Assembly: GCA_965197655.1 (NCBI GenBank)
Contig: OZ240220.1
Span: forward strand, 136,352 to 200,351
Origin: Dehalococcoidia bacterium
GTDB lineage: Bacteria > Chloroflexota > Dehalococcoidia > Lucifugimonadales > UBA3495
Length of the DNA: 64,000 nt
Direction of reading: 5' to 3'
The translations under genes were made by a program, and so were the position numbers. Shown one piece after another: positions 48,060-57,374 of this stretch. The notes beneath the pieces were generated by a model. It was not told the DNA's origin. It was given only the letters and a program-made list of their open reading frames with translations, and did not search any database. Position 1 is the first letter of the stretch. The number at the start of each line of letters is the position of its first letter.

Positions 48060-49376
48060 ATGACTAACAGCAATCAGTTTCAATGGCGCAGGGACAAGGA
48101 CGGCCTGGGGGTGTGGGAACACCGGGGCCAGGTGGCTATCGCCGGCTACGGTCATTCCCCGGTGGACCGGCGTTGGGATGAGGTGTCAATGGACCAGACC
48201 GTGGGCGCCTACTCCATCCTGGCCTGCCAGCGGGCGATGGAAGACGCCGGGGTCACCCCGGACCAGATAGACGGGGTAATCTGCTGCGACAGCCACATCG
48301 CCGGCGGTAGTGGCGGCTCAGCCTCCAATTGGGCGCCCCGGCCCTACTTTGACCCGCCCTACGACTCGGAGTATGGCCTTACCCTGGTCAACGCCGAGTG
48401 GCTGGTCAAGACGATGGGCCTGACCAACGTTAAATTTGCCCCCACCGGGGTGCCTACCATCGGTGAGATGGTCGGCATGGCAGCCCAGGCGGTGGGCGAT
48501 GGCGTTTGCAATAACTGCCTGGTCATCTACCCCACCGGCAACCTGGAGGGCCGCTACCGCCGGGGCGGCGAGAACGCCGACGACTACGCCCGGGGAGTGC
48601 GCCAGTGGACGGTGCCCTGGGGCAATCACGGCGGCAACGACTTTATCAACATCTTCCCCCACAACCAGTACTGCCTGCGCTACGGCGGCCAACACGACGA
48701 CCTGGCGCCTTTCGTCATCAACCAGCACAAGAACGGTATGCTGATGCCCTGGGGTTTCAACGTCAACCACGGTATCGAACCCATCACTGTGGAGGACTAC
48801 GTTAACTCCCGCTACATCCTCAATCCCCTGCGTATCTGGGACTGCGACCGGCCGGTTAACGCCTCGGGGGCCTACCTGTTCACCACCGCCGAGCGGGCGC
48901 GGGATATGAAATCAACGCCGGTCTATGTTCTGAACCATTCCCAGCACAACTTCCGGTTCCGCACCACCCAACCGGACCTGGATGAGGTTGAGCTGTGGAC
49001 TGACCGGGCCGCGGCGCGGATGTATGAGGGCGCCGGCCTCGGCCCGGCCGACGTGGATATCTTCAACCCCTATGACGGCTATGCCATAATGACCCAGTTT
49101 TTCCTGGAGGGCTTCCAGTGGCACGGGGTCAAGCGAGGCGATGCCTTTGCCTTTTACGCCGGCGACATCAGCGTGAAAGGCCCGCATCCTTTCAGTTCCA
49201 GCGGCGGCAACCTGGGCAACGGGCGCACCCGCACCGCGATGTACACCGACAGCATTGAGCAGCTGCGGGGAGCCGCGGGCCCCCGGCAGGTCACGGTGCG
49301 GGCCGAAACCGCCCTGTGTGCCTTTACCACCCCCAGCAGCGGCGGCTGGCTGATGCTGGGCAAGTACCCCAGCTAG
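48060..49376 (+). CDS. thiolase-like / SCP-x-type lipid-transfer protein
   Basis: 438 aa with a thiolase-fold pattern. Typical genomic pairing with DUF35. Confidence 0.75.
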   Translation: MTNSNQFQWRRDKDGLGVWEHRGQVAIAGYGHSPVDRRWDEVSMDQTVGAYSILACQRAMEDAGVTPDQIDGVICCDSHIAGGSGGSASNWAPRPYFDPPYDSEYGLTLVNAEWLVKTMGLTNVKFAPTGVPTIGEMVGMAAQAVGDGVCNNCLVIYPTGNLEGRYRRGGENADDYARGVRQWTVPWGNHGGNDFINIFPHNQYCLRYGGQHDDLAPFVINQHKNGMLMPWGFNVNHGIEPITVEDYVNSRYILNPLRIWDCDRPVNASGAYLFTTAERARDMKSTPVYVLNHSQHNFRFRTTQPDLDEVELWTDRAAARMYEGAGLGPADVDIFNPYDGYAIMTQFFLEGFQWHGVKRGDAFAFYAGDISVKGPHPFSSSGGNLGNGRTRTAMYTDSIEQLRGAAGPRQVTVRAETALCAFTTPSSGGWLMLGKYPS

Positions 49377-49435
49377 TTTATCCACGAAGGGACACGAAGA
49401 TACACGAAAGGAAACCAAACCGGGAGGACAGCCCT

Positions 49436-49783
49436 TTGGCGAAACTAATCAGCTTTGACATCGACGGCACCCTGGAGGTAGGCGAACCGCCCGGCTGCAT
49501 CACCCTGGACATGGTGCGCCAGGCCAAGGCAAGAGGCTGCATCATCGGCAGTTGCTCCGACCGCACGGTGAGCAACCAGCAGCGTATCTGGCAGGACAAC
49601 GCGATTGAAATGGAGTTCACGGTGCTGAAGCACCAACTGGACTCGGTAAAGGCGGAGTTCGAGGCGGAGGACTACTATCACATCGGCGATACCGAAATGG
49701 ACCGTCAGTACGCCGAGCGGAACGGCTTTCATTTTCTTTGGCCCGACGTAGAGGTTGTCCAGCTATGGGATGCGGCGGAATAG
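49436..49783 (+). CDS. small HAD-superfamily hydrolase
   Basis: TTG start 7 nt after GGGAGGA. Motif I FDIDGT, motif II SCSDR, and a C-terminal GD..MD. Confidence 0.55.
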   Translation: MAKLISFDIDGTLEVGEPPGCITLDMVRQAKARGCIIGSCSDRTVSNQQRIWQDNAIEMEFTVLKHQLDSVKAEFEAEDYYHIGDTEMDRQYAERNGFHFLWPDVEVVQLWDAAE

Positions 49784-50576
49784 CGACTCCCTGAATTACC
49801 AAGCCACGAATTACCAGGCCACCATAGACCGGTTTCGCCGGGCCCGCAGCGATCCGTCCCTGGCGACGCTGGAGGGTTTTCACGCCCTGAAACACGCCCT
49901 CCGTTTCGCCGCCGCCGTGCTGGAAACGGTTACAGTCGCCCCGGAACAACTCATCCGCCTGACCGACTCGCTGGCCCCCGAGCTTTCCGGCATACTTGGG
50001 AAGGACGCCGCTGTCGTCCCGGACCAGGTTTTCCGACAGCTTTCCCCCGTTCCTCCAGCGACCGGCGTAATCGCCATTGCCCAACGACCTCACCGATACT
50101 TGCCGAAAATGTTTAACGACCCAATGCCGGCGCCGCTGGTTCTCCTGGAAAACCCGCGCAGCCACGGCAACATCGGCGCGGCCATCCGGGTTGCGGCGGC
50201 GGCCGGCGCTGCCGGAGTAGTCACGACCGGAGAGCATGACCCTTGGCACCCCTCGGCGCTGGTTGGCTCTGCCGGCCTGCACTTTGCCCTGCCGGTGGCG
50301 CGGGCCGATACATTGTCGTTGGAGAATAAGTCGGAACGCTCCCGGTTCCTCGGCGGGCGGACTTTGGTGGCGGTTGACCCCGGCGGCGAGCCGCTGCGGC
50401 CCGGATTGATACCGGAGCGGGCAGCGCTGGCCTTTGGCTCGGAGCGGGACGGGGCAAGCGCAGAATTGCTGGCCGCCGCCGATTGCTGTATAGCAATACC
50501 GATGGAGCCGGGGGTGTCGAGCCTTAACCTGGCAACGGCGGTGGCGGTGGTTTTGTACGCCTGGCGGCTGGGTTAG
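49755..50576 (+). CDS. SpoU/TrmH-family RNA 2'-O-methyltransferase
   Basis: NPRSHGNIGAAIR, FGSERDG and SSLNLATAVAVVLY motifs. The exact start is uncertain. Confidence 0.75.
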   Translation: MSSYGMRRNSDSLNYQATNYQATIDRFRRARSDPSLATLEGFHALKHALRFAAAVLETVTVAPEQLIRLTDSLAPELSGILGKDAAVVPDQVFRQLSPVPPATGVIAIAQRPHRYLPKMFNDPMPAPLVLLENPRSHGNIGAAIRVAAAAGAAGVVTTGEHDPWHPSALVGSAGLHFALPVARADTLSLENKSERSRFLGGRTLVAVDPGGEPLRPGLIPERAALAFGSERDGASAELLAAADCCIAIPMEPGVSSLNLATAVAVVLYAWRLG

Positions 50577-50601
50577 ACCTCACCCCAGCCTCTTCTAGCT
50601 G

Positions 50602-50680
50602 CCCTCACCCCGGCCCTCTCCCTCTGGGAGAGGGAGCTTTATCACTCCTCGCCCTTTGGGAGAGGGGCCGGGGGTGAGGG
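50602..50680. repeat. palindromic repeat, family 3 (CTCACCCCGGCCCTCTCCC...GGGAGAGGGGCCGGGGGTGAGGG)
   Basis: Inverted halves 50602-50636 and 50648-50680. Other copies at 56101-56181 and 63711-63760. Confidence 0.8.
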
Positions 50681-50686
50681 TGAACT

Positions 50687-51802
50687 CTACGCCAACCGCA
50701 CCGGTTCCAGGGCCGGAAAGTCAAACTGTACGCCATGCCCCGGGTCTTCCAGCGGCGTGAACTTGCCACCTTTGGGCAGCACCGGGTTGAGGATATAGCC
50801 GGTGTTGTTCAGGTTAAGGGTGGGCAGGTGTTCTACCAGGAAGCCGTTGGACGCGCCGCAGCACAGGTGGACGGATAGCTCCTCCACCAGGTGCGGAGCC
50901 ATGGGCAGGTGGTAGGCGTCGGCCAGGCGGGCAATCCGCATCCAGGAGGTTACCCCGCCAACCCGGCAAACATCGGCCTGCACGAACTGGATAGCGCCCC
51001 GCTGGAACAGGTCGAGGAACTGCTCCGGCTGGCATTCGCCCTCGCCGGCGGCCAGGGCCACGTTGACCGTGCGACCCAGCCGCTCGTAGCCGGCGTGGTC
51101 TTCGGCCAGTATGGGTTCTTCCAGCCAGAACAGGTTGAACTCCTCCATCGCCCGCGCCCGGGTGATGGCCTCGCCCACCGTCCAGCGCTGGTTGGCGTCC
51201 ACCATCAAGGGGGTATAGGGGCCGATGGTCTGGCGCACGGCCCGCAGCCGTTCAATGTCTTCGTCCAGCCGGTCCCGGCCAATCTTGATTTTGACGCCCC
51301 AATAGTCCTGGCCGATAAAGTTTCCCACTTCGTCCAGCAGGTCTTCTGTGGAGTAAGCCAGGTCAAGGCCGCTGCCGTAGGCGGGAACGCTGTCCCGGTA
51401 GCCGCCCAGCAATCGGAAGAGGGGTTTGCCGGCGGCCTTGCCGGCCAGGTCCCAGAGGGCAATGTCCAGGGGAGCCAAAACTACGGCGGTAAGGCCGGCC
51501 ATAGTGATATTGGGAAAGATGCTGTGCCATATCCGGTCATACAGCCGCTCAATGTAGGAGGGGTCTTCGCCAACCAGCCGGGGGGCCAGCAAGGTGTCAA
51601 TGGCCTCTTTCATCCCTCGCCCGCTGCTGCCGTGGCTGTAAGTCCAGCCGATACCTTCCTGCCCGTCGTCGGCGATGACGTGGGCCAGCAACAGGCTGGT
51701 AGATTCAATCTGTGAACTGGAGTTGGACAACCCCGGCTGGCGCTGAATCTGGTATAGGGCCGTTTCCACCTTTTCGATTAGCAATGGCGTTTCTCCCGGC
51801 AA
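50687..51802 (-). CDS. enolase-superfamily enzyme (mandelate racemase/muconate lactonizing family)
   Basis: 371 aa, TTG start. KIKIG, MVDANQRW, LFWLEEP metal-ligand pattern and a C-terminal MAPH. Confidence 0.85.
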   Translation of the reverse strand: MPGETPLLIEKVETALYQIQRQPGLSNSSSQIESTSLLLAHVIADDGQEGIGWTYSHGSSGRGMKEAIDTLLAPRLVGEDPSYIERLYDRIWHSIFPNITMAGLTAVVLAPLDIALWDLAGKAAGKPLFRLLGGYRDSVPAYGSGLDLAYSTEDLLDEVGNFIGQDYWGVKIKIGRDRLDEDIERLRAVRQTIGPYTPLMVDANQRWTVGEAITRARAMEEFNLFWLEEPILAEDHAGYERLGRTVNVALAAGEGECQPEQFLDLFQRGAIQFVQADVCRVGGVTSWMRIARLADAYHLPMAPHLVEELSVHLCCGASNGFLVEHLPTLNLNNTGYILNPVLPKGGKFTPLEDPGHGVQFDFPALEPVRLA

Positions 51803-51905
51803 TCTAATAAGCCGCTGCTGACGCTGCGTCTCTGGGCGCAGAGGCCCTAGCCATCAAGGGTTTTTCACAGAGAGACGCAGCGTCACAGAGTTTCCCGGAG
51901 ACTGT

Positions 51906-52766
51906 TTAGGCCGGCGCGCCAGCCGGGGTCAGGCAGCGGGCGACAAAGGCTTTCATCAGCCCAATGGCCTGGTCGGACTCCGGCCCGGGCATATTGCCAA
52001 AACCGTGGGGCATATCGGTGAAGAACTCCACCTGAATGTCGCCGCCGGCCCCGCGGAAGGCAGTTTCAAAGCGCTGGGGGATGGCCAGGGGGACGTTGTC
52101 GTCTTTGGTGCCCTGGATTAGCAGGGTAGGCGGAAGTTCCACCTTTTCGCCTCGCTCCAGGATGTGCTGGGGGTTGCCTTCCTGCATCGTATCCTGGCTG
52201 AGGAAATAGGCTTCGCTGGAGGCGGCCAGCCGCGCATTGTTCGATTCCTGGGCATACAGGTAGCGGGCATAGGGGTCAAGCACCGGCCAGCAGCAAATGG
52301 TGTAGGCCAGGGAAGCGTCAACGCCGTCCGCGCCAGATAGTTCCAGGACTGAGTAGCGCGGGTCGTTGGGCCGCATGGCGCTGAGCATCAGGGTATGGCC
52401 GCCGCTGGAGGAGCCAATGCCCCCGACCTGCTCGGCGGTGGCGTTGAAGTCGGCGGCGTGGGCCTTGAGCCAACGGGTGGCGTAGTTAACGTCAATAACC
52501 TGGGCGGGATAGGGATGCGCCGGGGCCAGCCGGAAATCAATGGCGGCTACCACCATGCCGCTGGCGGCCAGGGCGTGATTCATCACCGCGTCGTTGCTGC
52601 GCTCCCCCCGGTTCCACGCGCCACCGTGAACGTCCAGCAGCGCCGGAAAGGGGCCGGTTCCCTGGGGCTGATAGATGCGTACAATCCAGGACTCGTTGCC
52701 GTCGGTTCGGTATTCCTGCTCGTGGACTTCGACTTCAAAACTTTGCGTCGGGCTATAAGCAACCAT
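51906..52766 (-). CDS. alpha/beta hydrolase, HSL-type esterase/lipase
   Basis: 286 aa. Oxyanion HGGAW, nucleophile elbow GSSSGGH, and a C-terminal His (MPHGF). Confidence 0.8.
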   Translation of the reverse strand: MVAYSPTQSFEVEVHEQEYRTDGNESWIVRIYQPQGTGPFPALLDVHGGAWNRGERSNDAVMNHALAASGMVVAAIDFRLAPAHPYPAQVIDVNYATRWLKAHAADFNATAEQVGGIGSSSGGHTLMLSAMRPNDPRYSVLELSGADGVDASLAYTICCWPVLDPYARYLYAQESNNARLAASSEAYFLSQDTMQEGNPQHILERGEKVELPPTLLIQGTKDDNVPLAIPQRFETAFRGAGGDIQVEFFTDMPHGFGNMPGPESDQAIGLMKAFVARCLTPAGAPA

Positions 52767-52805
52767 GTCTTTCTCCTTCTCTTATGTGTTTCCCTGGTGC
52801 GTTAG

Positions 52806-52903
52806 GCGAAATCGCATTCAGGGATACAAGCTATCCGTCGTTCCTGCGCAGGCAGGACCTCGGCTCTTGAACTTTTAGGTTCCTGCCTTCGCAGGAACGA
52901 CGG
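52806..52903. repeat. palindromic repeat, family 2
   Basis: GCGAAATCGCA ... CCGTCGTTCCTGCGCAGGCAGGAC ... GTTCCTGCCTTCGCAGGAACGACGG. Confidence 0.8.
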
Positions 52904-52957
52904 ACGGGGCGGCCAGCCGCGCCAAGCTATGCCCGACGAGATGTCTCATTCAAAACC

Positions 52958-53716
52958 TTAAATCAGGGCTGCCGGCGTGAATATGCCTTCCATATCTTCG
53001 GTGGTGGCCGGGTTTACCGGGGTCGTCCCCAACTCGGTCTCCATAAACCAGTAAACCTGCTTCAAGTGGTGGGTACTGTGGCTGAGGATGATGTTCAGCA
53101 GCTCCACCACTGTTACCTCTCCGCCGTAGTGGGCCGGTACTACCCGGTCAAAAGCTTCCGTGTTATCGCTGTTCAGGAAATCTACGATATTCTGAATGAC
53201 ACCCTCACCGTACTCGGCAATGGCTTCGGCGGCGTTAACGCTGGTCAGTCTGGCCCGGCAGGCTTGCATATCGTCGGTGGTCATACTACCGGTCTTGTGG
53301 CTGAGCCAAGCCAGTTCAGGGAAAGACATAATGTGGACGATGGTGTCGCGCAGGGTTTCGGGCCGCCAGGACACGTCTCGCTGCAACTGCTCCGGGGCAA
53401 GCTGAAGGGTCACCCGAATAGTGGCGTGCAGGATTTTGTCGTATTTTTCGGCCAGCCAGCCGGTCCTGCCGGACAGGTCAACCTGGGTGTCGAGCTTGAG
53501 GGTGGCAATCAGCTTTTTGGGGAAGTAGCCGATGATAATTTCATCGTCCACCACCGTGACCGGCGCCGACTTGACGCCCCGGCTGTTGAGGAAAGCTTGG
53601 GCTTCCGGTTCGCTGGCAATGTCGTGGTGCTCATACTGAACACCGTTGGACGTCAGGAACTCTTCCAACGTCCGGCAACTGAATCAACCAGGGTTGGTGT
53701 AAACGTGAACGTTCAT
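52958..53716 (-). CDS. candidate selenoprotein: glutaredoxin-like domain (U-F-S-C motif) fused to a DinB/YfiT-like domain
   Basis: ATG 53716 (RBS GGAGAG) reads MNVHVYTNPG[TGA]FSCRTLEEFLTSNGV..., continuous with track ORF 52958..53668. The TGA at 53686-53684 sits where the first Cys of a Grx CxxC would be. The C-terminal SHSTHHLKQVYWF suggests DinB-like (tentative). Confidence 0.6.
53648..53673 (-). other. candidate bacterial SECIS hairpin
   Basis: GGACGT-t-GGAA-gag-TTCC-tg-ACGTCC, starting 10 nt after the in-frame TGA. Confidence 0.4.
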
Positions 53717-53842
53717 ATCTATTTCTCTCCGGCAGCGCTATGGGTATGGTGTTGCCAGAATAGCGGAAACGGGGGTGCTTATCAAGGGCGGCCGGACGGC
53801 ATTCAGAGTCTTTCGGTTCTCAATTTGGGATACTTGGGGCAT

Positions 53843-53941
53843 CGTCATTCCGGCGCAGGCCGGAATCCAGGAAATGCCCGGAGTAGGTCAATGTTCTATG
53901 TGGCGAGGGACTCTGGATTCCGGCTTTCGCCGGAATGACGG
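53843..53941. repeat. palindromic repeat, family 1
   Basis: CGTCATTCCGGCGCAGGCCGGAATCCAG (53843-53870) and CTGGATTCCGGCTTTCGCCGGAATGACGG (53913-53941). Confidence 0.8.
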
Positions 53942-54031
53942 GTTAAGACGCGATTGCCGTGGACTTGTAACTTACGGGGCGGCGGGCCGGGTTGCCCGTG
54001 TTGTATAATAGGCTGGGAGAAGGGGGTAAAT

Positions 54032-54982
54032 ATGACCAGCGAATTGTTGATTCTCGATGAAAACACGACTGCCCGGTATTTGTTGGCCGGCTGGAGAAAG
54101 CAATGGTCGGATGGCGGGAGCATTTCCAGCGGCCTTCCTCAATACCTGATTGACCAGTTGGGAGCCAGGAAGATCGGTAAGATGGGGCCGGAAGTTGAGC
54201 GAATGTGCTATCCCTTTCAGGTAGCCGGCACTCACGGCGCCTTTCGTCCTGCCTGTGCCTTCGAGGAGGGCTTGCCCACGGTAGCAATGCACTGGGACAA
54301 TGATTTCTATGACGCCGGCAACGGACTGATTATATTTATGGGTGAGGAACCCTGGTTTGACCTGGACTTGTACGGGACAGCCTTCTTTCAGGCGGTCAAG
54401 GAGTTGGGAGTCGAGCAGACCGTAACGATCGAGGGCTACAATGGCCCCTGTCCACCGGACCAGGAGCGGCGGGTCGGCTGCGTTTATAGCCGGGCCGATA
54501 TGAAGGAAACCCTGGAAAAGTACGGTATCCAGTTTTCCAACTATGGCAGCGGCGCGCGGCAAGGCCCGACGGTGGGCATGGCCCTGGTCAGTATCGCCCA
54601 CTATCTCCACCCGGAGTTGTCGGTGTTCCGGCTGGGGGCTATGGCGCCGATGTACCCCTTTACCACCTCGGGCAACCAGCAGGTAGGCATCGTCACCGAT
54701 TATCGCTCCTTCTTTGATATATTGCGCCGGGTGAAGGCCATGTTCGGGTTGGACCTGGACTTATCGGATCTGGAGACGCGCGGCGCTGCCGAGTCGTCCC
54801 GCCTTCAGGAGACCCTGGAGCGCATCGGCCGTTCCAATCCCAATGCTAAGGACATCATTGACCGGGTGCGCGCCGAATACCGCTTTACTCCCTTCGAGGA
54901 GCAGGTGAAGCTTGACCCGCAACTGGACCGGACGCTGGAGGATATTCTCCAGAATATGCCGGAACCACCGGAGGAGACGTAA
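54032..54982 (+). CDS. PAC2 (proteasome assembly chaperone 2-like) family protein
   Basis: Start moved to ATG 54032. The pattern LLAGWRKQWSDGGSISSGLPQYLIDQL...IGKM resembles PAC2-family N-termini. Moderate certainty. Confidence 0.6.
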   Translation: MTSELLILDENTTARYLLAGWRKQWSDGGSISSGLPQYLIDQLGARKIGKMGPEVERMCYPFQVAGTHGAFRPACAFEEGLPTVAMHWDNDFYDAGNGLIIFMGEEPWFDLDLYGTAFFQAVKELGVEQTVTIEGYNGPCPPDQERRVGCVYSRADMKETLEKYGIQFSNYGSGARQGPTVGMALVSIAHYLHPELSVFRLGAMAPMYPFTTSGNQQVGIVTDYRSFFDILRRVKAMFGLDLDLSDLETRGAAESSRLQETLERIGRSNPNAKDIIDRVRAEYRFTPFEEQVKLDPQLDRTLEDILQNMPEPPEET

Positions 54983-55016
54983 AGAATTTGTCCATTGCGC
55001 TGACTTGGGTGACTCG

Positions 55017-55214
55017 GGTAACTGTTCAGTTTTGAGGAGTTGTTCCCACCTTAAACCGTCATTCCGGCGCAGGTCGGAATCCAGCGACGCCAAGTAGGAA
55101 TTGGCGTTCCAGAGGGCAAGGATTCCTGGATTCCGGCTTTCGCCGGAATGACGGTATAGGGGCGAAAATGACGGTGTAGGGGCGTAGATGGTCCATCACA
55201 TCGGAACAGTTACC
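55017..55214. mobile_element. MITE, 198 bp, TIR GGTAACTGTTCAG, flanked by 6-bp direct repeat GACTCG
   Basis: TIRs at 55017-55029 and 55202-55214 (1 mismatch). GACTCG occurs at 55011-55016 and 55215-55220. Carries a family-1 palindromic core. Confidence 0.8.
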
Positions 55215-55309
55215 GACTCGGCCCAGTCGTTGACAACCCCAAAAGGCAGGAATAGACTACCGCCCATTCCACATTTCAGCATTCATTGGTGGAAACAGGA
55301 GGAAACACG

Positions 55310-56092
55310 GTGCGTTTGGCAGGAAAAACCGTCCTGATTACCGGCGCCAGCCGGAACATCGGCAGGGAAACGGCGTTAACTTTTGCCCGGGAAGGGGCCG
55401 ACCTGGCGCTCAGCTCCCTGCAAAGTCAGGAAGAACTTGACGAGGTGGCCGCCGAGTGTCGCGAGCTGGGCGTCAAGACCTTTACCGCCACGGCGGATAT
55501 AGCCGACTCGGCCCAATGCCAAAGGTTGGTGGCCGATGGGCTGGATGCCCTGGGCAAGATTGATGTGCTGGTCAGCAATGCCGCCATCCGGCCCCATCAC
55601 CCGCTCCTAACGGTTACCGATGAGGACTGGCACCGGGTCTTTGGGATTAACCTGCATTCCAGCTTTTACCTGTGCAAAGCTGTCTTGCCCGGTATGATGG
55701 AGCGGGAGACGGGCAGCATCATAGCCATCGGCGGCATGGCTTCCATCACCGGCCGGCCCGACACTTCCGCCGTTACCGCCGCCAAGACCGGGCTTTGGGG
55801 GTTTGTAAGAGCGGTGGCCGCCGAGTTCGCTCCCTACAACATCCGGGCCAATATGGTCAACCCCGGCACCATCGACACCAGCCGGCGCAACCCGGAATGG
55901 TTCGCCCGGGAGTCCCGGAGGCCCGACGGTAACTCCGAGCAGTTGCGCCGCATACCTTTGGGCCGTCAGGGCACCATTTACGACATTGCCAACGCCTGCC
56001 TCTTCCTGGCCTCCGACGAGTCCTCCTACATTACCGGAGACCAGCTTAACGTAGTGGGTGGGCGGTACATGGTAGCCGCCGCTACCGACTGA
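55310..56092 (+). CDS. short-chain dehydrogenase/reductase (SDR)
   Basis: GTG start after AGGAGGA. TGASRNIG cofactor motif, NAA, and a catalytic S...Y..AK. Confidence 0.85.
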   Translation: MRLAGKTVLITGASRNIGRETALTFAREGADLALSSLQSQEELDEVAAECRELGVKTFTATADIADSAQCQRLVADGLDALGKIDVLVSNAAIRPHHPLLTVTDEDWHRVFGINLHSSFYLCKAVLPGMMERETGSIIAIGGMASITGRPDTSAVTAAKTGLWGFVRAVAAEFAPYNIRANMVNPGTIDTSRRNPEWFARESRRPDGNSEQLRRIPLGRQGTIYDIANACLFLASDESSYITGDQLNVVGGRYMVAAATD

Positions 56093-56100
56093 TTCAACCA

Positions 56101-56181
56101 GCCCTCACCCCCGGCCCCTCTCCCTCAGGGAGAGGGGTGAAACTTCTCCCTCTCTTTTGGGGAGAGGGCCGGGGTGAGGGG
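56101..56181. repeat. palindromic repeat, family 3
   Basis: GCCCTCACCCCCGGCCCCTCTCCCTCAGGGAGAGGGG ... GGGGAGAGGGCCGGGGTGAGGG. Confidence 0.8.
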
Positions 56182-56256
56182 TTACCTCGGGGATTCACAA
56201 CTAACGGGAGAGCCGGGAGTTGAGGCGCGATTGCCCGGTAACCAGGGAGGTAAAAG

Positions 56257-56673
56257 ATGCCACCGACGCAGCGACAGGTAGTCAACACGGAAAACGCTCC
56301 CCAACCTCTCGGCGCTTACTCCCAGGCCATCAGGGTCAGGCCCGGCGAACTGCTGTATGTTGCCGGCCAGGTGGGAATAGACAACGACGGCAACCTGGCC
56401 GGGGATGGCGGCATTGCGGCCCAGACCCGGCAGACCTACGAGAATATCGGGCGGATTCTGGAAGCCGCCGGCGCATCCTTCAGCGACGTAGTGGAGTTTA
56501 CTACTTACCTGGTAGGCCGGGACGCCATTCAACCCTTCATTGAGGCCCGGGTCGAGCTTTTCTCCACCATTTTCCCAGACGGCGACTATCCGCCCAACAC
56601 CCTGTTGGTGATTGAGGGCCTGGTGCGGGAGGAGTTTCTGGTGGAAATCAAGGCGGTGGCCGCCCTGCCCTGA
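56257..56673 (+). CDS. ridA: RidA/YjgF-family reactive-intermediate deaminase
   Basis: 138 aa. APQPLGAYSQA, YVAGQVG and a C-terminal VEIKAVA. Confidence 0.85.
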   Translation: MPPTQRQVVNTENAPQPLGAYSQAIRVRPGELLYVAGQVGIDNDGNLAGDGGIAAQTRQTYENIGRILEAAGASFSDVVEFTTYLVGRDAIQPFIEARVELFSTIFPDGDYPPNTLLVIEGLVREEFLVEIKAVAALP

Positions 56674-56712
56674 TTCAACAGTGGGAAGCGCGAAAATAGG
56701 TAATGGGGAACA

Positions 56713-56975
56713 GGGCTATCGCATTTGGATTCCAGGCTAACCGTCGTACCTGCGAAAGCAGGAACCTAAGGAACCTCTGAACAAGCGCCAGCCGGCGCCG
56801 CCCAAGTCGTCATTCCGGCGGAAGCCGGAATCCAGGAAATCCCTGATAGATACAAACTGGGCTGTTGTAAAGCTCCTCTGGATTCCGGCTCAAGGCCGGA
56901 ACGACGGTTATTCAGAGGTTCCTGCGAAGGCAGGAACGACGGGAAGGGGACGTTTGTCGTTAGGTGCGATAGCCC
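56713..56975. repeat. 263-bp composite nested palindrome: family-2 element with a family-1 unit inside
   Basis: Perfect 11-bp termini GGGCTATCGCA / TGCGATAGCCC. Family-2 halves at ~56741-56768 and ~56917-56942 enclose family-1 cores at ~56806-56905. Confidence 0.8.
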
Positions 56976-56994
56976 GGAAAGGGGAAGAACTTGC

Positions 56995-57324
56995 ATGGAA
57001 GATTCCGGCGCGGAGACGGCGGCAAGGTTGGAGGAAATACACGGCCTGTTTCAGGACGCAGTTGCCGATAACCCGTCCCTTTCCCTGTTGCGGGGCTTCA
57101 AGGTGGACTTCTCCGGCAACCAGGACTTTCACAAAATCTATCTGGCCGCTCGCTGCGATTGCGGAACCGCCGCCCTGCTTAGCGTAGAAGTGGCGATGGC
57201 CAAGACCTTGCCCGAAGTCCGGGAAGCTATGCCCAGCCTCATGGAAAACCTGGGAATGAAGGCCAGGCAATTCTCTAATATGTCCTGCGAAATGCACGCC
57301 CGAATGCGTCAAGGTGGGTTATAA
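56995..57324 (+). CDS. hypothetical small protein (109 aa)
   Basis: ORF begins right after the repeat, with a weak RBS AAAGGGGA. Has an RCDCG motif. No family recognised. Confidence 0.4.
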   Translation: MEDSGAETAARLEEIHGLFQDAVADNPSLSLLRGFKVDFSGNQDFHKIYLAARCDCGTAALLSVEVAMAKTLPEVREAMPSLMENLGMKARQFSNMSCEMHARMRQGGL

Positions 57325-57374
57325 TGGCTCCACAGATGACCGATTAAAGGGAACTGGAATCAGGAGAAACAGGT

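Noticed and set aside
49316-49435. Upstream extension of the HAD-like ORF overlapping the thiolase-like gene by 60 nt.
   Set aside because: The extension is an out-of-frame overlap with the thiolase gene's 3' end. A TTG at 49436 with a well-spaced GGGAGGA gives a start just before the DxDGT motif.
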